DNA from: Planktothrix pseudagardhii
Lineage (GTDB): Bacteria; Cyanobacteriota; Cyanobacteriia; Cyanobacteriales; Microcoleaceae
Direction of reading: 5' to 3'
Length of the DNA: 64,000 bases
NCBI RefSeq assembly: GCF_904830925.1
Contig: NZ_LR882967.1
Coordinates: 3,618,106-3,682,105 of the forward strand
Both the position numbers and the translations under genes were made by a program. Below the pieces are notes generated by a model. That model did not search any database, was not told the origin of the DNA, and was given only the letters and a program-made list of their open reading frames with translations. Every line of letters starts with the position of its first letter. Position 1 is the first letter of the stretch. This document shows, one piece after another, positions 49,794 to 59,689 of this stretch.

Positions 49794-49968
49794 ATAAAAA
49801 ACTATGCCTAAAGAGGTTGTTTATAGTTTAACCGAGTCTCCCTGAATATTTCCTGAGTCATTCCAATGAGCTAGCAGAAAACTAGAATGAATCTGAATGC
49901 TACACTGATGCAATAATTAGGAGATTACAGGTCAGGTTAACGTATTTTATAGACGAGGAAAAACATAA

Positions 49969-50772
49969 ATGTCACGTCATCCATTCCATTTCGCTTTCCT
50001 CAGTATGACCTTAGCCACGGGGCTAGGTTTTAACTTTTCTATATTCCAACAATCTCCACAACCTCAAACCTCTCCCATTCAAGTCAGTGAAGATGTAACA
50101 CCCCCACCCGATACCGACAAACCTGCCACAGAACCGAATATCACGCGAGGATATTGTTTTGATATTCCATTAATTGCCATTAAACCCAAACAGGGGACAC
50201 CAACGACCTTAGCAGATACTCCTACTTTTTTATTTTATATTCCCCCTTTGAAATCCGATCAGATTTTATCTGTTCCTGAACAATCACCCTTCCTAGGAGA
50301 ATTCATCATTACAGATCAAAATAAAAACACAATCTATGAAGGGAAATTGAATTTAGAAGCTCAATCTGGTTTATTGCGTATCAGTTTACCCAAATCCGTT
50401 GCTGAGTTATTTGTAGAAACGGGTAATCCTTATTCTTGGTCTTTTCAAATCACTTGTGACACGACAGGAGATTTTAGTGGAAGCACTATGATTAAAGGAA
50501 AAATCCAACGGCTTTCCACTAATCGAGAAATACAAACAAAACTTCTACAACAGATGACCGCTTATGATCGTTTTAAACTGTATCAATCCCTGGGATTAGA
50601 ATATGATGCCCTGATTTTATTAGATGAATTACGTCATCAAAATCCTAATGATGCGACTTTAACAGCTACTTGGGACAATCTTTTAAAAGCGAACGGACTA
50701 GAAAGGTTAATTGGAGTTCCTTGGATTAACGTTGAAATTAATTCGATGCCAACTCAACCCCAAAATCATTAA
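49969..50772 (+). CDS. Secreted hypothetical protein (signal peptide; DUF928-like, tentative)
   Basis: 267 aa with an N-terminal hydrophobic signal segment and a Pro/Thr-rich linker. The family assignment comes from general resemblance only. Confidence 0.35.
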   Translation: MSRHPFHFAFLSMTLATGLGFNFSIFQQSPQPQTSPIQVSEDVTPPPDTDKPATEPNITRGYCFDIPLIAIKPKQGTPTTLADTPTFLFYIPPLKSDQILSVPEQSPFLGEFIITDQNKNTIYEGKLNLEAQSGLLRISLPKSVAELFVETGNPYSWSFQITCDTTGDFSGSTMIKGKIQRLSTNREIQTKLLQQMTAYDRFKLYQSLGLEYDALILLDELRHQNPNDATLTATWDNLLKANGLERLIGVPWINVEINSMPTQPQNH

Positions 50773-50789
50773 ACCCTGACTTTGAATAT

Positions 50790-51305
50790 TTAAGGATAAG
50801 GAGATTCTGTTAACTCGATTAATCGTTGAAGAGTAGTTACTGTCTCCCGATGAATGGGTGCGAACCATTCTACATTGACAATCATGACATCGAGAGTATA
50901 AGCATCTGGATTTAAGTAAACTCCAGCCGCACGGTTTTGATCTAATTCCACCATCCAATACTCTACCCCATCCACCAGATGTAATTTCCCGCGTTTATCT
51001 AACTCTAAAAGAGCATAATCCTTGGGAGTCGCCCAATTCGCATCCACCATCAACCGAGCTTGAGCAATTCGATGTTCGAGATCTTCGGTTTTCCATTGAT
51101 TTTGTTGAGCAATTCTACAAAGTTGTTCCAACTCAATCTCACCAAATTTAGTGGATAAGGGAATGGGTTTGAGTGAACCCGTCGCGCTCACAAAGGTTTG
51201 ACTAGATTTGACAACCACGATCATTCTTGTGTTTCTCTCTAAGGGACTATCCTGATTTGTATTGTTAATAATCGCGGTATTATCCCCAACTGTCAGTGAT
51301 ACCAC
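50790..51305 (-). CDS. Uma2-family (DUF820) putative restriction-endonuclease-like protein
   Basis: ...LELDKRGKLHLVDGVEYWMVELDQN...AYTLD follows the Uma2 pattern (E...D...EYW.VD). Confidence 0.45.
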   Translation of the reverse strand: MVSLTVGDNTAIINNTNQDSPLERNTRMIVVVKSSQTFVSATGSLKPIPLSTKFGEIELEQLCRIAQQNQWKTEDLEHRIAQARLMVDANWATPKDYALLELDKRGKLHLVDGVEYWMVELDQNRAAGVYLNPDAYTLDVMIVNVEWFAPIHRETVTTLQRLIELTESPYP

Positions 51306-51646
51306 TAGGGTTTCCCCGTGATGCTCTTATCGTCATCTCCGTGAGAATACGCACGATGGCGTTTGACTGAATTAACATCTCAAAAGTGATATGGATCACA
51401 ACTAGCCCGGTCAGAAGATAAGGGGTTTGACAAGACTAAACCTTATAACAAGAGTCATAACCGACTGTTCTCTTTTAAATTATTACAATCTATTTGGGAT
51501 TGCTATATGATCAAAAATAATTACCTATAAATTTAAAAATATAGAAAAATTAATTAATCTTAATAAAAAAATGATAATAATATTCCAGGAAAATAATAAA
51601 AGTTTAAAAATGAGTTCTTCGGTGCTTCCTATCCGCAAGTTTAAGT

Positions 51647-51913
51647 TTAAAACTGTTGCATAATCGCCAATTGATATAATTCCCGCGACTCCTGCTTAAC
51701 CTTCCCTGACATTGCTGCTAACTGCAAATTGGCAAAGGCATTAATATCATCTGTACCATAATGGGTAGTTTGTAGCATTTGTCTTAATTTGTTTTCGGTA
51801 TGAAGGCTAAGATAGCCGGTAGACATCACTTCTTGAACAACATCACGAATACAAGTCATTGCAATATTCTCCTGGTAAAAGCCATCACAATATTTAGTAT
51901 CAGGGATTTCCAC
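51647..51913 (-). CDS. Small hypothetical protein
   Basis: 88-aa ORF preceded by a very AT-rich spacer. I recognise no family. Confidence 0.25.
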   Translation of the reverse strand: MEIPDTKYCDGFYQENIAMTCIRDVVQEVMSTGYLSLHTENKLRQMLQTTHYGTDDINAFANLQLAAMSGKVKQESRELYQLAIMQQF

Positions 51914-52036
51914 AAAACCTGGGGTGATCCTGATACCTTTACTGTACTGATTTCTACGGAAACAATAGGGTGATGAGGAACAAAGGTTAATTGTGATCTA
52001 CATCATCTTAGGAATGTGATCTCTCACAACTTAACG

Positions 52037-52624
52037 CTACAGCCACTCCATACTCGATACCGCATTGTTAGACTGAGGTTGGCGTCCCCCAACTCCTAAT
52101 TGTTCTTCAGACCAATGGGAATAATCCGATAATAAATTATGAACTAATCGGTGCCTAACCGTCATCAGCACGCTTTTTAATAATCCATTTCCGGTTGTTT
52201 CTAAAATAGGTTGGGGCGTTAACCATAAAGGGGGAGGAAGTTCAACTTTTACTTCTAAATCCGCTTGGCCTTTTAAATGGGTAATTCCTTGTAATTCAAC
52301 CGGATAGAGTTTCCCGACTAAATTCAGGGAAAACCGTTGATTAATATACTCAATTCCTCGAATTTCACAGCCAACGGATTTTAAGTTAAGAATTCCATCG
52401 GACTGTATCCAGACTTTCAAGTCTACCGTCGGTTGTAAACTGAACATCATGAACTGCAAAGGACGCATTTTTAAGCGGTAAATCTCCTCTCCCAAGTGAT
52501 CCAAACGAGTCGGATCAACTAACGCCTTCACCAAACGTTTCGGTTGACGTAGATAATGGTGAATCAAATTGGGCTTGGGTACAGCCATTTCAACAGTTTG
52601 AGAAGCTTGAAAGTGGGTATACAT
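52037..52624 (-). CDS. DUF1997-family protein (cyanobacteria/plastid lineage)
   Basis: 195 aa. The overall pattern (...RLDHLGEEIYRLKMRPLQFMMFSLQPTVDLKV...) resembles DUF1997 proteins. This is a tentative call. Confidence 0.35.
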   Translation of the reverse strand: MYTHFQASQTVEMAVPKPNLIHHYLRQPKRLVKALVDPTRLDHLGEEIYRLKMRPLQFMMFSLQPTVDLKVWIQSDGILNLKSVGCEIRGIEYINQRFSLNLVGKLYPVELQGITHLKGQADLEVKVELPPPLWLTPQPILETTGNGLLKSVLMTVRHRLVHNLLSDYSHWSEEQLGVGGRQPQSNNAVSSMEWL

Positions 52625-52951
52625 AAAAAATTATTAAAGTCTACAAATTTTGAAATTTATCTTAATAAAATTTAAGAAATTTTCAAACAATTTTCATCCA
52701 TCGCAAGTCAGGATCAAACCGGGTCGCTGATGATTCACGAAAGCCATGAAATCGGTAAACCTCATGAAATCGGTGAAATCCCTAAAATCCGTAATCTTTT
52801 CATGATAAGGGTAACATTGATGAGATTAATGTAAATAATTGTAACGTAATCTAGCAAAATGTAACTGAAGTGGAGGAACCCTCAAAACAATTTCTATCTT
52901 GGGGGTTAATTCCATCCTTGGCGATTAATTTATATCTACGGAAGTGAAATT

Positions 52952-53794
52952 ATGACCGTTTCCATTGCCCATCTTGGCCCATCGGGGACTTATGCGGAAG
53001 CCGCAGCCTTAGCTTATGCCCAATCTCTGACCCAAAATACCGGGGAAGAGGTGATGTTATGTCCCTGTTCGAGTATTAGTCAAACCCTATGGACAGTTGC
53101 CAAAGGAGATGCCCAAATTGGGGTTGTTCCGGTGGAGAATTCCATTGAAGGCAGTGTGAGTATGACTCTGGATACATTATGGCAAATTGGTTCTCTACAA
53201 ATTCAACAGGCGTTAATTCTTCCCATCGCCCATGCGTTGATTTCCCAAGCCCAAAACTTTGAGCAAATTCAAGTGGTTTATTCCCATCCCCAAGCCTTAG
53301 CCCAGTGTCAAGGATGGTTAGAAAAATCCCTCCCCGATGTGCCATTAATTGCTAAAAATTCAACAACAGAAGCCTTACAATTGGTCAGGGATGAAACTCA
53401 TGTCGCTGCGATCGCGTCTTTACGAGCAGCAGAATTATATCAACTTCCCGTTCTTGCCCATCCTATTAACGATTATTCCGATAATTGTACCCGTTTTTGG
53501 GTCGTCAGTTTACAACCTTCAGGGCCGGGAAAATATACGTCTTTAGGCTTTAGTGTTCCGGCGAATGTTCCGGGTGCATTAGCTAAACCCTTAACTATTT
53601 TTGCGGAACGAGGTATTAATTTAAGCCGAATAGAATCCCGTCCTAGTAAGCGTTCCCTAGGAGATTATCTATTTTTTATGGATTTAGAAGCGGATAGCCA
53701 TGAGCAATCCGTACAATCCGCTTTAGCAGAATTAAGATCCTTCACAGAAACCCTCAAAATTTTTGGAAGTTATACCCTATTAAACCTGAATTAA
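52952..53794 (+). CDS. pheA: Prephenate dehydratase
   Basis: The PDT domain has HLGPSGTYAEAAA and TRF motifs. The C-terminal ACT domain contains the ESRPS motif. Confidence 0.85.
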   Translation: MTVSIAHLGPSGTYAEAAALAYAQSLTQNTGEEVMLCPCSSISQTLWTVAKGDAQIGVVPVENSIEGSVSMTLDTLWQIGSLQIQQALILPIAHALISQAQNFEQIQVVYSHPQALAQCQGWLEKSLPDVPLIAKNSTTEALQLVRDETHVAAIASLRAAELYQLPVLAHPINDYSDNCTRFWVVSLQPSGPGKYTSLGFSVPANVPGALAKPLTIFAERGINLSRIESRPSKRSLGDYLFFMDLEADSHEQSVQSALAELRSFTETLKIFGSYTLLNLN

Positions 53795-53916
53795 TCTCGA
53801 TTCGGAAACGGGTCAATTTCTCTTGTAGGATGGGTGAGAATCCAGGTTGAGGGGAGAAAAAATTTCCCCCTGTTCTCCGCCACCCTACTGACACCCTACT
53901 GAGTTTTTAAGGTTCT

Positions 53917-55305
53917 ATGGATATTTTTTTGAGTAGCATTCCCAGTATTCCTGATTTGACCCATCCGAATGAATTAATTGAATTGGCATCAGGAATAATG
54001 AAAGGATTAACCCACTTTGCCATTTTTTTAACAGCAATGGGTGTGATTTTATCTTTGATGAATTGGTCAGTCAAGAAACGAGGGGAGGGGATTTCAGTTC
54101 CTCTTCTGAGAACCGCCTTAGAACAATATGTGAAATGGCTGCAAATGTTACCCCATTTTATTTTAATTGTTCTGGTGATCACCAGTGGATTTTTTCTCTG
54201 TTCTACCTTAGCCAATCGTTATCATAATTGGGAACAACAACAGATTACTCAAATTGCCACTACCGTTGCGGGAGAACGTTTAGAACAAACCGCACCTCGC
54301 ATTCGCTATGACATTGAAGAACCCTTCACCGATTATCGATATGTTGAGGGTAAAACCATTGAACTTAAAAGTACCCGTATTGTATCTCGTTGGATGACCT
54401 TAGCGGGATCAAAAATTGAGGTTAAAATCAATCAAACGACCAGTCCCGATACCAAACAATGGATTTATAGTGTGGATTTCGTGGGAAACTATGAAGTTAA
54501 AAATCAACTCAAAGGCATCTCAGAATTTTTCTTTGAAGTTCCGCCTCCCTATGGTTATTTATTATTACAGGATTTTCAAGTTGAACAAAATGGCAAACCC
54601 TTAGTTCAAGTCAACCCTGGAGATTATGGATTTCCGTTTAAATTAGCACCGGGAGAAACCACAAATTTTAAAGTTAGCTATCAAGCTCAAGGCGCTCCCC
54701 GATGGGTTTATCAACCGGGGGATCAATTATTATCGAATTTTCAGTTAAATGTTTTAGCCCAGTTTGCGAATGCTGAATTTGCAGGCGCAGTCCCAACTGT
54801 TACAAAAGAAGCAGGAGAAAATCGACAACTTTCTTGGGTTTATGAAGGCAATATTTCTGTTAAAAATCCATTAGGGGTCTTTACGGCAACTTCCCCAGTT
54901 CGGAATACAGGCGTGATCCCACGATTATTATTATTAGCACCAGGAATATTTTTATGGTGGATTATTTTACTGTATCTCTCTTTACCCTTAACCTTGCGAG
55001 ATATTATGATCATTGCAGGCTTGTTTTTTGCCTGTTTATTAACTTTAACCTATAGCAGTCGCTTCATTGATGCGAAACTGGCGTGGATGTTGATATCTCC
55101 CTTATTACTTTTTGCAGTTTGGGGACTCGGAAAAAACCGTCAAGCCGCTTGGGTGACAATGATTTGTACCATTTCTGGGGCTATATTACCGATTTTTGGT
55201 TTATTAGTTCCCTATAGTGGGATAACGTTAAGTCTAGCGGGATTATTATCAGGAATTTGGTTAGCGGTACAACATTGGTATAAGTTAGGGCCAGGGAAAT
55301 CTTAA
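53917..55305 (+). CDS. Hypothetical polytopic membrane protein
   Basis: 462 aa with two N-terminal TM helices, a large central soluble domain and a 4-5 TM C-terminal bundle. I recognise no family. Confidence 0.4.
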   Translation: MDIFLSSIPSIPDLTHPNELIELASGIMKGLTHFAIFLTAMGVILSLMNWSVKKRGEGISVPLLRTALEQYVKWLQMLPHFILIVLVITSGFFLCSTLANRYHNWEQQQITQIATTVAGERLEQTAPRIRYDIEEPFTDYRYVEGKTIELKSTRIVSRWMTLAGSKIEVKINQTTSPDTKQWIYSVDFVGNYEVKNQLKGISEFFFEVPPPYGYLLLQDFQVEQNGKPLVQVNPGDYGFPFKLAPGETTNFKVSYQAQGAPRWVYQPGDQLLSNFQLNVLAQFANAEFAGAVPTVTKEAGENRQLSWVYEGNISVKNPLGVFTATSPVRNTGVIPRLLLLAPGIFLWWIILLYLSLPLTLRDIMIIAGLFFACLLTLTYSSRFIDAKLAWMLISPLLLFAVWGLGKNRQAAWVTMICTISGAILPIFGLLVPYSGITLSLAGLLSGIWLAVQHWYKLGPGKS

Positions 55306-55314
55306 CGGTTACTC

Positions 55315-55362
55315 AGAAACCGGGTTTCTTGCTATTATCTCTGGCTGAGAAACCTGGTTTCT
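55315..55362. terminator. Two copies of the same AGAAACC(G/T)GGTTTCT palindrome between convergent genes
   Basis: AGAAACCGGGTTTCT at 55315-55329 and AGAAACCTGGTTTCT at 55348-55362. They lie between the stop of 53917..55305 (+) and the stop of 55367..56413 (-). Confidence 0.5.
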
Positions 55363-55366
55363 TGGA

Positions 55367-56413
55367 TTAGATCGGTTGCACTACTCGATCAGAAAAGATT
55401 TCTGCTAATACCTGAAGATAGGGACAAAAGACGGCGAAATTTTGAGGAAGCAAACGTTTTTCTAATTCCTCGGATAGCTCACTCAACATATCCTGAATTA
55501 ACTTCCAACTAATATGGAGTCTAGGATATAAAATTACACACATGGGAAATAATTCCTGTTGGATTGGGTATAAACTATTCTGTAAGACGCACCAGCATAA
55601 ATAAATTTGGAATAACTCAATATCGCGAGTAGCAGAGTATTGAAGGAGATGATTTTTCAGATCCCCGCTAATACTGCGATACCCTAGATTCAAATCATAC
55701 ACTTTATGATAAGTATGATGAGCAACGGTTGTGAAGATGGAAAGTAACTGTTGAACCGCAATTAAAGCGGGAGAATCTGGTTGATGTTGGGCGGCTAAAT
55801 CATTCACTTCCCCTAACGGAGAATATAAATAATCCTCCAACGTTTTAAAGTAGAGAAAGAAAACTGTTCTTTCTTTCATTGACATCCACTCCAACAACAT
55901 TCGCCCCATATAATGAAACTGCAATTGGAGTAAAACTAACATCAAGGGTTCTGCTTGAGAGTATTTACGACGCAGTTTGATCGTCTCTCGCCCTAGGGAT
56001 ACCGATAGGCGGAAGGGGTATTCATATTGAGCAAAAACTTCCAAGGCTTGATGATACAGTTTAGATACATCTTGAATCAGGGTAGCTGCCTGTTTTAATT
56101 CTAGTTTATTGACCGGATAGCGATTCCAGTCAATTCCTAAAATGGCTCCAACTTTATTCCATGCTAATGTTCCTAAAAGGCTCAAGTTTTTCATGATCTC
56201 TGCCACGATGCGAGAACGATCCTCATCAAATTCAGTAACATCAACTTCCTGATCGTCTAAAAAAAGATGAGTTGAACTGCGATGGCTATGAGCAGCAGCT
56301 TTTGCATAATATTTCTGCGCCCATCGAACAGCCCTCAATATCATTTCAGTTCTATCTACGGAATTAGATATAGATAGAGGGTTGAGTTGTTCTGGAGATT
56401 GGGAGAACATCAT
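55367..56413 (-). CDS. Conserved hypothetical protein
   Basis: 348-aa ORF, helical and cyanobacteria-like. I recognise no family. Confidence 0.35.
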   Translation of the reverse strand: MMFSQSPEQLNPLSISNSVDRTEMILRAVRWAQKYYAKAAAHSHRSSTHLFLDDQEVDVTEFDEDRSRIVAEIMKNLSLLGTLAWNKVGAILGIDWNRYPVNKLELKQAATLIQDVSKLYHQALEVFAQYEYPFRLSVSLGRETIKLRRKYSQAEPLMLVLLQLQFHYMGRMLLEWMSMKERTVFFLYFKTLEDYLYSPLGEVNDLAAQHQPDSPALIAVQQLLSIFTTVAHHTYHKVYDLNLGYRSISGDLKNHLLQYSATRDIELFQIYLCWCVLQNSLYPIQQELFPMCVILYPRLHISWKLIQDMLSELSEELEKRLLPQNFAVFCPYLQVLAEIFSDRVVQPI

Positions 56414-56718
56414 AAAAGTTTGCGTCCTTGGTAGTCAGGTTCAGTGGAGGATTTAGCAATACATCAGCAAAAGTAGAATTCAGAAAACTGTTCGTTACTA
56501 AAATTCTACAGTCTGTTTCAAGTCTAGTCGAATTAATTGATAATTTTAGGCAATTTTTCTAAAGACATTCTATACTTTTTGGAAATTTTTAACTCTGTCA
56601 ACTTTTTAGTACAATACTTGTAGTTTGGGATACAAAAATCAATAATAGCATGAATAAACTTTAACCAAAACTTAATATAAATGTAGTTTTTTTATAGGAA
56701 TTGTAAAGGTTTTCCTCC

Positions 56719-56777
56719 AAAAGAGGGAACAAACAATAAAAAAGAGGGAACAAACAATAAAAAAGAGGCAACAATCG
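56719..56777. repeat. Tandem direct repeat, 21-bp unit AAAAGAGGGAACAAACAATAA x2 plus a diverged third copy
   Basis: 56719-56739 and 56740-56760 are identical. 56761-56777 is a degenerate partial unit. On the minus strand the repeat sits inside a 61-aa ORF that is probably spurious (LLFVPSFLLFVPSF). Confidence 0.8.
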
Positions 56778-56896
56778 ATATCAGAGTGATATATTTCCCT
56801 TGATCATCGGCAGTAACGCAGACACTCAGTTTCCTGAATTGTCTGTGTTCCCCTGATTTTAGTAAAACTGAATACATTAAAACAGGAATATTATTC

Positions 56897-57904
56897 TTAA
56901 ATCACAGCATTTTCTAACATTGCAATTGTGCCTTGTGTAGTATCAATTTCTACCTTTATTCCTAAAGGAACCGTAAACTGATCTCGAATATGACCGATCA
57001 TCGAACCATACCAGGCGGGAATCTCTAAGGGTTGAATTAAATTCGTTAAAACTTGCCATAAGGTTAAAGAGGGTTCATTTCCCTCCCCCGGAGTGCAGGA
57101 TGTACATTGGCTAAAAATAAACCCTGAAATCTGATCTAAAATTCCAGCTAATTTTAAATGAGTTAACATTCGATCAATTCGGTATATATCCTCACCTACA
57201 TCTTCCACAAATAAGATTTTGCCCTGCCAATTCGGTAAATAGTCTGAACCGACTAAAGTTGATAAAACAGATAAATTGCCTCCTATTAACTGTCCTTGGG
57301 CTTGACCTGGATAAAGGGTTTCAACTCGAATATTGGCAGGATTTTGAAAGGTAATAATTTGGGCATCAAATAAGAGTTTTTGTAACCAACTGACTGAATA
57401 AGGAGTCCATAATGAAGTGCCTAATAATCCATGAAAGGTAACTAATCCCGTTTGGCTATATAATCCTAATAGCAAGGCTGTGATATCACTATAACCGAGA
57501 AAAATTTTAGGATATTGGCGAATTAAATCATAATCTAATAACGATAAAATTCGACTACTTCCCCAACCCCCTCCTGTGGCAATAATTCCCTTAACCATTG
57601 GGTCAGCAAACATTTGATTAATATCAGCCGCCCGTTGTTGATCGGTTCCCGCCAAATAGCCGTATTCACTCAGCACATGAGGGGCAACTTTAACGGTTAA
57701 TTCCTGTTGTCCTAATTGCAGTTGAATCCATTTTAAATGTTCTTTTAAAATGGGGCTGGCTGGAGTTACTAACCCCACTGTATCTCCTGGGTTTAAACGG
57801 GACGGTTTGAGTAACCGAGGAACAGATACAGACTGAGCTAAAACGGGCAACTGAGTCGCAATTCCCGTTAAGGTTAATCCTGCTAAAAAATCACGACGAT
57901 TCAT
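56897..57904 (-). CDS. LD-carboxypeptidase (peptidase S66; LdcA/MccF-like) with a Tat-type signal
   Basis: The N-terminal MNRRDFLAGLTL is a twin-arginine signal. LKPGDTVGLVTPASP and GYSDITALL are S66 signatures. Confidence 0.75.
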   Translation of the reverse strand: MNRRDFLAGLTLTGIATQLPVLAQSVSVPRLLKPSRLNPGDTVGLVTPASPILKEHLKWIQLQLGQQELTVKVAPHVLSEYGYLAGTDQQRAADINQMFADPMVKGIIATGGGWGSSRILSLLDYDLIRQYPKIFLGYSDITALLLGLYSQTGLVTFHGLLGTSLWTPYSVSWLQKLLFDAQIITFQNPANIRVETLYPGQAQGQLIGGNLSVLSTLVGSDYLPNWQGKILFVEDVGEDIYRIDRMLTHLKLAGILDQISGFIFSQCTSCTPGEGNEPSLTLWQVLTNLIQPLEIPAWYGSMIGHIRDQFTVPLGIKVEIDTTQGTIAMLENAVI

Positions 57905-57908
57905 GTAA

Positions 57909-57943
57909 TCAGTTATCAGTTGTCAGTTATCAGTTATCAAGTA
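57909..57943. repeat. Five tandem CAGTTAT-like heptamers (short tandem repeat) immediately upstream of the LD-carboxypeptidase start codon
   Basis: CAGTTAT CAGTTGT CAGTTAT CAGTTAT CAAGTAT at 57909-57943. The gene's ATG is at 57904-57902 on the minus strand. Confidence 0.8.
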
Positions 57944-57956
57944 TCCGCATCATCAG

Positions 57957-58745
57957 TTATAGAAGGTGATTAATTAATTCTATTACCCCTGCTCCTCGGC
58001 TGTTTTTTGTGACCCAATTAACTTTTTCTTTGACTTGGGGTAAGGCATTAGCAACAGCTACGGAATAACCACATTGTTCTAAAAAGTCACAATCGTTTTC
58101 TGCATCCCCAACACCTACAATTTGTTGTAGAGGGAGGTTGATTAATTGGGAAAGAGCGTTTAATCCAAAGGCTTTATTAATGCCTTCGGGTAATACCATC
58201 ACTGCTCCTTTATTGCAAATAATTTGGAGATTAACGCCTAACTCTTGAATCGTTTTCTGGGTAATTTCTAAATAGGGTTCCCAAGTGGCAATAATCACTC
58301 GACCCACCCCCAACGCTTCAAATAATTGAGCTTGAGCAATCTGAGAAAATTCCTCTGGAACCGCTTGATTTTTTAAAGATTGTTGTTTTTGGTCAATGCG
58401 ATCGCGTAAGAGGCTTATAAAGTCTTCAGACGGGCGTTCTGCCAATAATTTTTCGAGCTTTGTAGGGGGTTGATATAATACAGCACCATTTTCTGCAATC
58501 ACCCAATCAAACACATTAATAACCGGAATATGAGCAATTAAATTATCGAGTTGTCTGCCCGTAATCAGAATTAACTTTCGCCCTGACTGTTGCCACCGTT
58601 CTAAAGCATTTAAAGTAGACTCCTCCACCATTCCATCGGTCGCTAAGGTTCCATCAAAATCCGTTGCTAAAGCTAAATAGTTCATGATGATCAGAAAAAA
58701 AACTGTTGAGGAAGGGGTAGATTTAGATTGAATTAATTCTACCAC
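57957..58745 (-). CDS. HAD-superfamily hydrolase, subfamily IIB (Cof-like sugar-phosphatase type)
   Basis: Motif I is LALATDFDGTL. The true start is probably MNYLALATD. GDAENDCDFLE is motif IV. Confidence 0.7.
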   Translation of the reverse strand: MVELIQSKSTPSSTVFFLIIMNYLALATDFDGTLATDGMVEESTLNALERWQQSGRKLILITGRQLDNLIAHIPVINVFDWVIAENGAVLYQPPTKLEKLLAERPSEDFISLLRDRIDQKQQSLKNQAVPEEFSQIAQAQLFEALGVGRVIIATWEPYLEITQKTIQELGVNLQIICNKGAVMVLPEGINKAFGLNALSQLINLPLQQIVGVGDAENDCDFLEQCGYSVAVANALPQVKEKVNWVTKNSRGAGVIELINHLL

Positions 58746-58764
58746 TCATCCGTTGAATTAACCT

Positions 58765-59307
58765 TTAACTTTCTGATTCATCATCTTCATACTCAACCCA
58801 AGAATTAGAGGTTTCTGAAACCCTAACTTTTAATCGGACTCCTTCAGGGACTCGTTTTTTGGTGACATCATAAATATATTTGGCAATCATTTCGGCTGTT
58901 GTTTCATATTCCGGGGGTAAAATTTCATTTAACACCCCATGATCTAACCCTCCTTTGGTAACATCTTTTTTTGCCCATCGTAAACTTCTAAAATCTGCGA
59001 CCATCACGGGATGGGGGCAATATTCCGAGGAATGGAGTTGGTTAGATGTTGCTTCCACTTGCACACGATAACTATGACCGTGCATTCGTCCACAGGGGCC
59101 ATCATAATCTTTAATATAATGGGCGCTATCAAAGGTAAATTCTGTTGTTAATTTCCATTTCGGCATAGGTACGGGCTTCAACTCAACATCTGATCTTATT
59201 TTGACGCCACCGTGAACTTTCCATCCATTCAAGAACTTTGAAACATAAATTAAACAGATAAGTTCACTCTTTACGATCCCTAATTGAGTCCGAATACTCA
59301 ACATCAA
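58765..59307 (-). CDS. 6-pyruvoyl-tetrahydropterin / 6-carboxytetrahydropterin synthase (PTPS/QueD family)
   Basis: FTFDSAHYIKDYDGPCGRMHGHSY carries the C-x5-HGH zinc motif of PTPS/QueD. The N-terminal approximately 45 residues are probably an over-call; the likely start is MPKWKL. Confidence 0.8.
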   Translation of the reverse strand: MMLSIRTQLGIVKSELICLIYVSKFLNGWKVHGGVKIRSDVELKPVPMPKWKLTTEFTFDSAHYIKDYDGPCGRMHGHSYRVQVEATSNQLHSSEYCPHPVMVADFRSLRWAKKDVTKGGLDHGVLNEILPPEYETTAEMIAKYIYDVTKKRVPEGVRLKVRVSETSNSWVEYEDDESES

Positions 59308-59689
59308 TTAACTTTGTTAAACGCTAAAAACCATAAGCAGGCAACTTTTCCTTTATCCTTTTTACTTTTTCCTTGTGCGTAGTGCTATAATGTCGGGCTA
59401 ACACGCCATTTGGGTCATTAGGCAGAATTTTTCTGTATAACATCCCGTATAGGGTGATTAGCCAGAACCTTGACATTGAAATTAGGCTGAGTCTTTTGCT
59501 AGTTTACTTTTTCCTGCATGAGTGAAACTGTTTTCCAAGCTGGACGACTTAACATTAATCGAGGAATACCACACTCTGAGGCAGCTTGAGCCGCGATTTC
59601 ATTCACCTTATCCCCTCTCAGGGGATTGTAATTAAAAACCAATCTGCTATAAGGTTTATTGACTCCAAAGCAATCAGATTTTAAATAAT

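Noticed and set aside
51480-51650. Extremely AT-rich 170-bp tract (…aaaaataattacctataaatttaaaaatatagaaaaattaattaatcttaataaaaaaatgataataatattcc…) as a mobile-element end or origin
   Set aside because: It has no inverted or direct repeat structure. It is most simply an AT-rich promoter or curved-DNA region upstream of the divergent small genes.
53907-54215. 102-aa minus-strand ORF overlapping the start of the 462-aa membrane protein gene
   Set aside because: It is antisense to the longer ORF, which has consistent TM-protein composition over 1.4 kb.
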